Assembly: GCA_031409375.1 (NCBI GenBank)
Contig: JANNXD010000062.1
Location: 1-38,400 of the forward strand
Reading direction: 5' to 3'
Length of the DNA: 38,400 nucleotides
Origin: Gammaproteobacteria bacterium
GTDB lineage: Bacteria; Pseudomonadota; Gammaproteobacteria; Pseudomonadales; JANQJO01
A program made the position numbers and the translations under genes. The stretch's first letter is position 1, and every line of letters starts with the position of its first letter. Below the pieces are notes generated by a model. The model ran no database searches. It was given only the letters and a program-made list of their open reading frames with translations, and was not told where the DNA came from. Shown one piece after another: positions 1 to 8,561 of this stretch.

Positions 1-94
1 TGCACTTAACAGTATCGGTTCTATTACCTCAAATTGCTCTCGGCTTATATCGCTTGGGTAGCGCTTTTTCATCTCAATCTCCTTTTGAAATGTT

Positions 95-730
95 ATGCGC
101 TCATTCTACAAATTTTTAAAAACTTTGAACAGGTTCTTAGAACTGCACCAGCGCGCGCCGTTTGATTTGCTGGTCAGTCAGTTTCATCAGCACTCGGCAT
201 TAAATTTTCACTCCATTGACTGGCATCTTTTACATCAAGTGCCGGTGACTACCTTGCTAGTACATCAAGCCCAATCCTTAACCAAAATGCAGGTGTTAAT
301 TGCACTGGACACCTATGACGCACAGCATCAAGCGCGCAATCTCGCAATCATGGCGCAAGCGAAAATGCTGCAAGACTTGTATCAAGCACAACTGACCTTG
401 TGTCACGCGTATCCATCTTTGGCCGGCTATACCGGCCTCGGCATTGAACCTGACCCCCTGCTAACGCAAGCTGCACAAAACGCCATTGCCGATGCACATA
501 AAGAAAGTTGTTTGGCATTTGCTGGCGCTCATGGCATCAATAAAGAATCCGTTGTTATCCGCGAAGGTAATGCCTACCAAGTGGTATCCGAACTTTTGGC
601 AAACAACGATTTTGATTTATTGATGGTCGGCGGCCAAAATGGCAAAGGTTTACCCGGCGAGCTGTTTTACCATTCGTTTGAAGCACTCAATGACAAACGT
701 CCGGTGAACTTGTGGGTGGAGAAGCTGTAG
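95..730 (+). CDS. Universal stress protein family protein (UspE-like C-terminal Usp domain)
   Basis: The C-terminal ~70 aa fit the Usp fold pattern, e.g. VIREGNA..VVSELLANNDFDLLMVGG..G..GELFYHS..EALND.RPVNLWV, resembling the Usp ATP-binding G-x2-G-x9-G(S/T) region. An in-frame stop sits at 86-88 just upstream, so the ORF is complete at 211 aa. Confidence 0.45.
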   Translation: MRSFYKFLKTLNRFLELHQRAPFDLLVSQFHQHSALNFHSIDWHLLHQVPVTTLLVHQAQSLTKMQVLIALDTYDAQHQARNLAIMAQAKMLQDLYQAQLTLCHAYPSLAGYTGLGIEPDPLLTQAAQNAIADAHKESCLAFAGAHGINKESVVIREGNAYQVVSELLANNDFDLLMVGGQNGKGLPGELFYHSFEALNDKRPVNLWVEKL

Positions 731-1736
731 CTGTGAGTGCGTTTTTAGATGATCAGAACTTCCCGAACTTCTATACTAAAGTGGACCCCGAAGTCCAGAC
801 AAAAATCAAATAATTTAAGATAGAGCCTCACCGACTAGGCAGCTAAACGACGCTGCCTCGTTAGTTCCAGGTTTTTAGTGTTTTAAAAGCCTGAAAATCT
901 TGCCTGTTGTGCTGTGCAACCCTGTGGGCAATACCCGAAGGGTTTGTCCACAAGTGCATAGCGGTTTTACGATGGCAACAGTAACTCGCTCGGCTGATCA
1001 TTGCTGCTTTTACGTCTTGCATATTTATCCAAGATCATCGCACCGCCGCCTGTTGCTGTGTGATACACCAGGATTGGTGTCTGATCACCGATGTCGGTCT
1101 TGCAGAGTTGCTGCTTGAACCTTTCTCTTAACATCGTCGCGACAGGTTCCCGCAGTTCAACATAAGAGCCTGGAATAAGATCACGCCACCTCTATGCCGG
1201 ACGCCGACTAGCCAGTAAACAGGTATCCGCTAGACTTATCCTGCAGCTACATCAACTCCGCAGTTTTGACGCCATCTAAGCATTTCGACACTTGAACGGT
1301 GATTCACTTGTGTTCATCTTCTTATTCCATACCTGATACATTCACTGCACCTTTTCCGTAACGCTCACAACAAAAGCTCTTAACTGATACCGCTTACGGT
1401 GGTTTGTAATCAACCCCTGTAGGTCGATTACGGGAGACCTACTCCCATCTCTTATGCCGCTTGCTGCGGCACACTGATACCGGTGCTCCATACTTGATTG
1501 GGGCCGGTGATCGGCAGCCCTCGCAGTAGGTACGGATAGATGTTGTGCTCAGGGTGACCTTTGCTGGTATTGGGGCCGGGCGCCATGCTTACCAATTCCA
1601 ATTATTTGCGTGGGTTGTTGTGTTGATCTACGCTCCATCAACTATGCCAATAGATTGATCGTATAAGCAGTGCGTTAGAAGATTACAACAGGCTTAATTC
1701 AAAACACCAATATTTACTGCCGTTAGAGAAAGCGAT

Positions 1737-3176
1737 ATGGACGAACAGACTACATCTACAATAATCATCAGCGCGATAGGAGCAAGTTTTACACTGATAG
1801 TTTTTTGTGTAATGGCCCTACTACGCAGAGTCGTTCACACTAACGAAGTACATGTTGTGAGATCCAAACGCAAGACGGTTTCATATGGTACAGGGCAAAC
1901 TAATAATAAAGATGCCGAAGGTTCCATCATCGTTGATCCAGGCACGGTTTACTATGCATGGCCAAGTTGGATTCCTGTTTTGGGTGTAGACGCAAGAACC
2001 TTTCCGAAATCAATCTTTGATGTCAGCCTAGAAGGATATGAAGCATACGATAAAGGGCGATTACCTTTCGAAGTTAATGTTCAGGCATTTTTTCGAATCG
2101 ATGACTTTGATCGAGCAGCAGCACGCATAGAGTCAGCCGACGAGCTTAGAAATCAATTAAGCGGCGTCCTTCAAGGCGTTGTTCGAAGAATATTAGCCAC
2201 TAACGAACTTGAAAGTATCATGCAGGATCGCTCTTCCCTTGGTGAACAGTTCACGAAGGAAATCGATTCACAGCTTGCCCAGTGGGGCGTTAAAACATCG
2301 AAAACCATTGAGTTCATGGATATTCGTGATACCCAAGCTTCTGAGGTTATTGCGAACATCATGGCAAAAGAGAAATCACGCATAGAAATGGAATCTCGCA
2401 CCAAAGTTGCTGAAAACAGTCGAGCAGCGTTGACCGCTGAAATTGAAGCGCAGCAACAAGTTGATCTGCGCAAACAAGAGGCAGAGCAATTGGTGGGGGA
2501 AAGAACTGCATCTACCAAACGCGCTGTTGGTATTGCAGATGAACGAGCACAACAAGAGATTCAAGTTGAAGCCAAAACTACAGCAGAGCGAACTAAAGCT
2601 GTTCAGCAAATGAATGATGTCCGTGCCGCAGAAATCAAAAAAGACGTAGCCGTTGTTGATGCTGAAGGACAAAAACAGGTCGCTGTTGTGAAGGCAACCG
2701 CTGACAAGGCGGTTGCAGTTACCAAAGCTCAAGCTGACAAAGAGGTTGCCGTCACGAATGCCAATGCGGACAAAGACTCAACCATTCTCATTGCAGAAGG
2801 AAATTTGATCTCTCAGAAGAATCACGCCGAAGGCATTCAAGCTGTCGGTATTGCCCAAGGTATCGCCGATAAAGCTAAATTGATGGCCCCAGTCGATGCC
2901 CAAATAACACTTGCAGATAAAATCGGTGGCGATGACAAATATCAGGCTTATCTTGTTAGTGTTCGGAATCTTGAAGCCATCGAAAAAATTGGCATTGCAA
3001 ATGCCCAAGCCCTGGAAAACGCAGAGATAAAAGTGATTGCCAATGGAGGAACTGTCACAGAGGGCATTGGCTCTATCGGAGAAATATTTTCCGCTAAAGG
3101 CGGTACAAAGCTTGGAGCCATGATCTCAGCGCTAAAAAACAATCCCGACATTGCCTCGATGGCCGAGAAGATTTAG
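1737..3176 (+). CDS. Flotillin-family SPFH/band-7 membrane protein (YqiK/FloT-like)
   Basis: It has an N-terminal TM helix (IIISAIGASFTLIVFCVMALL). An SPFH-like core follows, then a long Ala/Glu/Lys/Gln-rich coiled-coil with repeated 'KAVAVTKAQADKEVAVTNANADKD' units typical of the flotillin domain. The size is 479 aa. Confidence 0.8.
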   Translation: MDEQTTSTIIISAIGASFTLIVFCVMALLRRVVHTNEVHVVRSKRKTVSYGTGQTNNKDAEGSIIVDPGTVYYAWPSWIPVLGVDARTFPKSIFDVSLEGYEAYDKGRLPFEVNVQAFFRIDDFDRAAARIESADELRNQLSGVLQGVVRRILATNELESIMQDRSSLGEQFTKEIDSQLAQWGVKTSKTIEFMDIRDTQASEVIANIMAKEKSRIEMESRTKVAENSRAALTAEIEAQQQVDLRKQEAEQLVGERTASTKRAVGIADERAQQEIQVEAKTTAERTKAVQQMNDVRAAEIKKDVAVVDAEGQKQVAVVKATADKAVAVTKAQADKEVAVTNANADKDSTILIAEGNLISQKNHAEGIQAVGIAQGIADKAKLMAPVDAQITLADKIGGDDKYQAYLVSVRNLEAIEKIGIANAQALENAEIKVIANGGTVTEGIGSIGEIFSAKGGTKLGAMISALKNNPDIASMAEKI

Positions 3177-3282
3177 GAGGCATTAGAAATGCTGTGTAAA
3201 TCCACTAACACCAGGGGATCAAGTTTAATGCTTAACGCTGGGTTTGATTGAATCACCCAATGAAGACACAAACAAATAACAA

Positions 3283-5199
3283 CTAAATTCTCCTGTCGGA
3301 TAAAAACTGTTTCATCCGTCCATATGACGCCTGGAGAACAGGCTGTAACTGCTGATACTGCTGCATAAGATCGCCGCGCAGTATCTGTAATTGTGCGATA
3401 CCCGCACGTAATTCGGCCTGCAACTGGGTACGCTTGAATGCAAAACGTTGCTTTAATACCAAAATATCTTGGGGATCCACGCCCTGCTTTGGATCAAATA
3501 CAAACCAAGCCTGCAAACGCTGACGCCAATCGAGTAACTCATAACTAACTTTAGTACTAAAGCTCGGAATGTATCGCACACGTTCCAATTCCACATCGGC
3601 AGCCGTTTCAACGCCAAAGGACAATAGCATCGCGCGACGCGTGACACCAATTGCCGGAATGGTGGTATCGCTCACCAAAAATCTATCCAAAAATTTTTGC
3701 AATTGACGCTGACGAAGCTGATCTTTTAATGCTTGCTGCGCACGCAAAAACTGCTCAGCTAATGATTCATACTCAGCGCGAGCCTGACGTAAGCGTTGCC
3801 GCAACATAAAAAACGCGTGCTGTTGCGACAAACCCTGCAACTTATCTTGCCACTGCTGATACTCGCGCTGCGCATGTTGCGCCATTTTTTGGCGCCGCTG
3901 CTGTTCAGCCGACAAATCTACGTTCGGCAAAAAAAGGGCGCTGACAAAAAAAATCAGTAATTCAATTTGCCATGGCCAGAGATAAAATCCGTCCCAAACC
4001 ATCACGCAGATGCTGAGCTTGCTTAAGCGATAAATCCATTGTGATTGACGCATTCTCGGGGGTATCGCTAAGGGTTGCACTTTGATTTCAGTCACAATAG
4101 GCAGCGGCGGATCGGTGACCGCCATAATCTGCGACCACACAGCGGCCAAATCAAAATCTCCCTCCACTGATTCATTCAGTAGGGATAAAAAGAAATACAC
4201 GCCTGCACGATCCTGATGTTCACACCAAGGACACAGCGATAAACCACGCCAATACGTATGCAGGCTGGCTTGAGAACACCGCTGCAAGTCTGACTGACAC
4301 AAACTTAAAGCTTCCATCCACTGCCGTGGCAAAGGGCGAACCATTTGATCTGGGCTCTCAGTGACCACAAACGCCTGCGAAAATAATTGACGCAAAATCG
4401 GGGGCAAAATCGCAGGCGAAATACTGTTCGGTGGCGGATGCAAGCCACGCCGTGCTGCGTCATCGGCAAAAGCATAGGCGTTTTCAGCAATCGATTGTTC
4501 TAAGCTGCGATCACTATGATCGGCACGTACACCAGCGTAAGGGTGCCGCCCCATCAACAGCAAATGAAAAATCAACATCGCCAAACCAAAGCAATCTTGA
4601 TTAATGTCACGAATTAATCCACGAAACGATGCCTCATGCTGTAATTCTGGTGGCATAAAATGCGGCACCCCAACGTCACAGCCAAAAACCTGTTGATCGT
4701 GACTAATCTGAAAAGAATCACAATCAATCAATCGGATCAGCCCCTTGCCATCCACATAAACCAGATTGGGATTCACATCGCCAATGACATGATGATGTGC
4801 ATGAATGACGTCAAACACGCTCGCGATATTACGCGCCACATGCAGCAAAAAAGCCCAACTTTTATCCGGAAATTTTTGTTTGCGCTGAGCAGGACTATAG
4901 AGATGATGTAGCGGCTCATATGCACTGAGTTTGGGCATGATCAAGCCACATACGTCATCGCTGCCCCGAAATACCAAGGCAACCGGCCAAGCCGCCACTT
5001 TTAATAAGGCGGGTGTGGAGACTCCGACAAGTGCTTTGAGTTTTTGTTGTTTAGCAATGGGCAAGGGCTCATGATAAATTTTCACTGCCGCATTTAAACT
5101 CGGCAATTCATAGACGGCGCCTTCTCCGCCACTGCCCAATTTTTTACCCAGCGTCAGCGTCTGTCCAGAAGCGTCCGTGAATTCCGACAGGGTGCTCAT
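3283..5199 (-). CDS. Atypical eukaryotic-like Ser/Thr protein kinase with C-terminal tandem helix-hairpin-helix (YegI-like, TerY-P triad kinase)
   Basis: Gly loop LGSGGEGAVY; beta3 Lys in AVKIY; divergent catalytic loop HHHVIGDVNPNLV; Mg-binding DCDS in place of DFG; PPE in place of APE; DCFGLAMLIFHLLLMGRHPY (subdomain IX). The mid region has C-x6-C...CPWC, then a ~28-aa hydrophobic segment, then a Gln/Arg-rich coiled coil. C-terminal IPAIGVTRRAMLLSFGVETAADV plus a second HhH-like repeat. At 638 aa it is close to E. coli YegI (~648 aa). Confidence 0.75.
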   Translation of the reverse strand: MSTLSEFTDASGQTLTLGKKLGSGGEGAVYELPSLNAAVKIYHEPLPIAKQQKLKALVGVSTPALLKVAAWPVALVFRGSDDVCGLIMPKLSAYEPLHHLYSPAQRKQKFPDKSWAFLLHVARNIASVFDVIHAHHHVIGDVNPNLVYVDGKGLIRLIDCDSFQISHDQQVFGCDVGVPHFMPPELQHEASFRGLIRDINQDCFGLAMLIFHLLLMGRHPYAGVRADHSDRSLEQSIAENAYAFADDAARRGLHPPPNSISPAILPPILRQLFSQAFVVTESPDQMVRPLPRQWMEALSLCQSDLQRCSQASLHTYWRGLSLCPWCEHQDRAGVYFFLSLLNESVEGDFDLAAVWSQIMAVTDPPLPIVTEIKVQPLAIPPRMRQSQWIYRLSKLSICVMVWDGFYLWPWQIELLIFFVSALFLPNVDLSAEQQRRQKMAQHAQREYQQWQDKLQGLSQQHAFFMLRQRLRQARAEYESLAEQFLRAQQALKDQLRQRQLQKFLDRFLVSDTTIPAIGVTRRAMLLSFGVETAADVELERVRYIPSFSTKVSYELLDWRQRLQAWFVFDPKQGVDPQDILVLKQRFAFKRTQLQAELRAGIAQLQILRGDLMQQYQQLQPVLQASYGRMKQFLSDRRI

Positions 5200-5217
5200 G
5201 GGATTGCCCGCATGATC

Positions 5218-5979
5218 TTATTCAACACCAACCGATTCAATATCCACCGATAAGCGAGTCGCCAGCACCAGGGTTTTATCATCATCGGTGCGGTCATTCA
5301 CACTGGCACTGTGCAAAAAACTTTCGAGCTGTTGATGCAGCAAGGGCAAGTGCTGCCGACGCCGTAATTGCTGCCACATGGGCGCAAAAAATTCATGATG
5401 CGGGGTTTTCTGCGAATAATTTAATGCTAAACGCTGCAAGCCATCACTGAGCATGGCGATTTCCGTGATACTGACCGTCACCTTACATAACTGTAGATTC
5501 GCGAGCGCTGTATCATCGGTGAGGAAATGCGTCATATTGGCATAAGTCCCTTGCTCTGGCCAAAATACCACACCTTGGGTAGATCCATTACTCACCACCA
5601 TGGCACCATCACCAATCTGGGCAAACCAAGCTTGGTTTTGGCTGATGACAGCGAGCAATAGGGTACAAGCATAATCACGCGGACTCAAACCCTTTTGCTC
5701 AGCAAAGCAACATAAAGCTTGCCTTAACTGCTCAACACAATGAGACAACTGCTCCAGCGTCATATCACCCTGTGCAATCGAGTGGATATAGGTTGGTAAA
5801 TGCTCAATCACATAATTTGCACCTTCACCGCCATGAGTGGCGCTACCCGCCCCATCACTGACAATACCAATCCAATAATGCTGATCGGCTTGCACATGAC
5901 ACGCGTCTTGACATGATTGCTGATTGTCAGCGTGCGAGCTCCCTACCACCGAAGCGAACAAACTTCTCCACTTGAGCAT
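5218..5979 (-). CDS. PP2C-family Ser/Thr protein phosphatase (YegK/PphC-like, TerY-P triad phosphatase)
   Basis: Metal-binding motifs IGIVSDGAGSATHGGEGAN and FAQIGDGAMVV are characteristic of bacterial PP2C_2. It is 253 aa, the same size as E. coli PphC. The stop lies 18 nt before the kinase start, indicating an operon. Confidence 0.75.
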   Translation of the reverse strand: MLKWRSLFASVVGSSHADNQQSCQDACHVQADQHYWIGIVSDGAGSATHGGEGANYVIEHLPTYIHSIAQGDMTLEQLSHCVEQLRQALCCFAEQKGLSPRDYACTLLLAVISQNQAWFAQIGDGAMVVSNGSTQGVVFWPEQGTYANMTHFLTDDTALANLQLCKVTVSITEIAMLSDGLQRLALNYSQKTPHHEFFAPMWQQLRRRQHLPLLHQQLESFLHSASVNDRTDDDKTLVLATRLSVDIESVGVE

Positions 5980-5982
5980 CAG

Positions 5983-6675
5983 TTATAACTCAGCCCAACC
6001 CTGCGGGGCATCCAGCGGCACCGCCGTACCTGGAACCGAGCGCGACACGGATTTCATCGAGTTCGACAACCACTGAAATAACTCACGAAATTTTAGGCCA
6101 TCCAACTTCAGTGGTTCACGTACGGCTAACTGTTTTAGAATCGTCATATTTGCGTTAGCGACACCAACAGCAAAGAAAGCAAAGGCTTTACTGGTTTCGC
6201 CTTCGCGAATTGCATTCGCGGCGGACTGCCACTCATCCGTTGGTGCACCATCGGTAATTAAAAAAATCCAGGGCCGATAAAAGGCAATGCCATTGCTACG
6301 ATACATTTCTTTGCGCAACCGCACTTTATCTAGGGCATCTAAAATGGCCGCGCCCATAGGGGTATCGCCTTGCGCGGCTAACGATGGCGGCTGAAAATTT
6401 GGTGCAGTATGGAAATCATTCACCATGGTCACCGGGCCAAAACTGATCAGCGCAACTTCTATGCGCTTCATCGCCAAAGAATCGGTCAACAGCTCTTCTT
6501 TAAAAGCCTGTAATCCTGCATTCAAGGCGGCAATCGGCGCCCCTTGCATGGATGCCGACGTGTCCAGCAATAAGATGCACGGGCAACGAGGTTCAGGGTT
6601 ATCTGCAAAGCTATCCGTACCAAAAAAACTATCCGTACCGAATGGGGTTTGTTCATCAAAGGTCATATCCACCAT
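5983..6675 (-). CDS. von Willebrand factor A domain protein (TerY/YegL-like)
   Basis: MIDAS motif D-x-S-x-S (LLLDTSASM); downstream conserved Thr in GDTPMG and Asp in ITDGAPTD. Size is 230 aa. It sits 3 nt upstream of the PP2C gene. An N-terminal [12 protein letters not shown] mini-duplication is present. Confidence 0.8.
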   Translation of the reverse strand: MVDMTFDEQTPFGTDSFFGTDSFADNPEPRCPCILLLDTSASMQGAPIAALNAGLQAFKEELLTDSLAMKRIEVALISFGPVTMVNDFHTAPNFQPPSLAAQGDTPMGAAILDALDKVRLRKEMYRSNGIAFYRPWIFLITDGAPTDEWQSAANAIREGETSKAFAFFAVGVANANMTILKQLAVREPLKLDGLKFRELFQWLSNSMKSVSRSVPGTAVPLDAPQGWAEL

Positions 6676-6782
6676 CGCGTGCGGCCTCCACAGAGCAATT
6701 CTGTACGAGCATACGGAAATATTGTGTGAAGTTAAAGTGTAAATGCGTTAGCGACTTACAATCCAACCTGCTAGCCAACCTT

Positions 6783-7652
6783 TTACAAAAAAGCTGCTAT
6801 CAACTCATCCACACAATCCACACGCTCTGCAGCACTTAATGCCAAAGCATGCGACAGCGCTCGCCACTCACGACGGTTTAACATCATCAACTTACTCGCA
6901 GGCAAGTCACGTTTTTGTGCTTGCTGAGCGTTGAAGCTTTTCCATGGTCTATTACCAGCAATTAACTCATAAATAACACAAGCAAAAGCAAAAACATCAT
7001 CTTGCCTTGTTAATGGATTACCATTTAATCGCTCAGGACTGACATAAGCAGGCGTAATACCGGCGCGAAAATCGATACGGTTTTTTTTCGTCGATGTTGA
7101 TAATTCACCATAGACACCATCGAGCAAGCAAGCCAAACCAAAATCGATCAACTTGAGCTGACAATCACCATGGATCAGCAGATTACTGGGTTTTAAATCG
7201 CCATGAACTATTTGCTGACGATGTAAATATTGTAACGCTCCACCTAACTGACGAATAAAAACCCGAACCAAATCTAATGGAAAACCGACAGAGTGATGCT
7301 GTTTTAATAGGTCATCCATGCCTTTACCTGGCACGTATTCGAGCACGATATAAGCGATGTCTTCATAGGATGGTAAATGTGAAACATGAAAACCGTAACT
7401 ACGAACAATATTCGGATGTCGCAAGGTCTGTAACAATTCATTTTCCCAAATAAAAGCCGAAAACAGCGCAGGACTACTAAGAAACTTAGGTTTTAAACAC
7501 TTTAATGCCACCCGAACATTCGGCTTAATTAGAAACATAGCATCTGCTGATATTGTTTTGGCCAAATAAACCTCACAAATACCGCCACGACCCAACTTAG
7601 CTTGAATTTGAAAGCATTGATCAATGCAGGTACCTTGGGTTAAAAACGGCAT
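6783..7652 (-). CDS. Hanks-type Ser/Thr protein kinase, kinase domain only
   Basis: All canonical motifs are present: LGRGGICEVY (Gly loop), VALKCL (VAIK), E in ENELLQTL, HGDLKPSNLL (non-RD catalytic loop), DFGLA, SPE (APE), DVFAFACVIYEL. It is 289 aa with no sensor or TM domains. Confidence 0.85.
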   Translation of the reverse strand: MPFLTQGTCIDQCFQIQAKLGRGGICEVYLAKTISADAMFLIKPNVRVALKCLKPKFLSSPALFSAFIWENELLQTLRHPNIVRSYGFHVSHLPSYEDIAYIVLEYVPGKGMDDLLKQHHSVGFPLDLVRVFIRQLGGALQYLHRQQIVHGDLKPSNLLIHGDCQLKLIDFGLACLLDGVYGELSTSTKKNRIDFRAGITPAYVSPERLNGNPLTRQDDVFAFACVIYELIAGNRPWKSFNAQQAQKRDLPASKLMMLNRREWRALSHALALSAAERVDCVDELIAAFL

Positions 7653-7741
7653 AGTACAACAATAACATCCTAATCAAAGCCTGCTTGACGCTTATCACCT
7701 ATCGCTGCATCACAACCATGACTATGCGTAAAAATTCTGAA

Positions 7742-8335
7742 TTAAGCGAGAGCATTCTGTGCAAATGCTTTTTTATCTGGCGGCAACAAGCTACGCGTTA
7801 AACTCCAGTGCAAATCGCCTACATTATAGTGTTCGCTTTTACGAAAGCGCAGTAATGGCAATTGGATACTCATAAAAACACTGTCGATTAATGCTGCATT
7901 AGGATCAGGCTTAATCGGATCAAGTAAAGTAATCACCGCTAAAATACGCGAGGTTCGTCGATCACATAAGATAAAATCGACTTGTTGTCCGGCAATTTGC
8001 TGAAAAGCCGACATTTTGGTTTTTAATGACAATCCTTTGCTAATCTGCACAATATTAGCAATGCTCACTTTCCCTAGAATCAAATACTCATTGCCGACAG
8101 CACGCATCAATGCCGCCAAAAACTTACGTTCTTCATTGGAATAAAAGTGTGACTTTGGCGCATAAGGTAAATCAGAGCGCATGCGCTGACGTGGGTCAAT
8201 GCGTAATATCAACAAGGTTCCAGCCAAGAGCACAAACACAATAATTCCCCAGATGGGTAATGGCATTATCGACAACAACATACAACACCTCACTTTACAG
8301 CCCAATTTAAACCTTGCAACAGAATGCTGACTCAA
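7742..8335 (-). CDS. DUF2726 domain protein (restriction-endonuclease-like fold) with N-terminal TM helix
   Basis: TM helix LPIWGIIVFVLLAGTLLIL. The region EERKFLAALMRAVGNEYLILGKVSIANIV...QQVDFILCDRRTSRILAVITLLD matches the conserved DUF2726 core (ERxF..L...y.h..kV.l.dv...VDFvLcD....vlavIElD). It is the first gene of the minus-strand operon, 89 nt upstream of the Hanks kinase. Confidence 0.65.
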   Translation of the reverse strand: MSQHSVARFKLGCKVRCCMLLSIMPLPIWGIIVFVLLAGTLLILRIDPRQRMRSDLPYAPKSHFYSNEERKFLAALMRAVGNEYLILGKVSIANIVQISKGLSLKTKMSAFQQIAGQQVDFILCDRRTSRILAVITLLDPIKPDPNAALIDSVFMSIQLPLLRFRKSEHYNVGDLHWSLTRSLLPPDKKAFAQNALA

Positions 8336-8561
8336 TAACCAGACAGAAAGCCGTCTTAATTAATGGCGCGAGCTTAGCTCAGCAAGTGTTGTACCAGTAT
8401 TAGCTTTCATCGTTTTTTACGGGATGCTCGCTTTTTTCTAAATTTTGCCAACTGCATCTTCAATAATTAAAAATTATCGTGTAACCGATTGGCGAGATAT
8501 AACATCCTAATCTAGCCTTCTTTCGGTTTGTCAGAACCAACCTACCAAGGATGAGCTTAAC

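Noticed and set aside
900-1118. 72-aa plus-strand ORF in the non-coding gap
   Set aside because: It has no Shine-Dalgarno sequence, a Cys/Arg-rich composition typical of random GC-rich sequence, and no recognisable motif. The minus-strand 55-aa ORF in the same place is at least as plausible, and I consider both unsupported.
731-1736. tmRNA, RNase P RNA, a TPP or cobalamin riboswitch, or a group II intron in the non-coding gap
   Set aside because: I looked for the characteristic conserved strings (the tmRNA tag-coding region and GGTTCGAATCC terminal arm, RNase P P4 motifs, the TPP CTGAGA box, the B12 box, and group II domain V GAGC...GTACGG). None is convincingly present. Only generic hairpins were seen.
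2171-3151. Several 65-120-aa ORFs antisense to, or overlapping, the flotillin gene (2171..2518, 2376..2732, 2778..3008, 2948..3151)
   Set aside because: They lie entirely inside a well-supported coding gene on the opposite strand. Their translations are low-complexity and motif-less, as expected from antisense reading of a repetitive coiled-coil gene.
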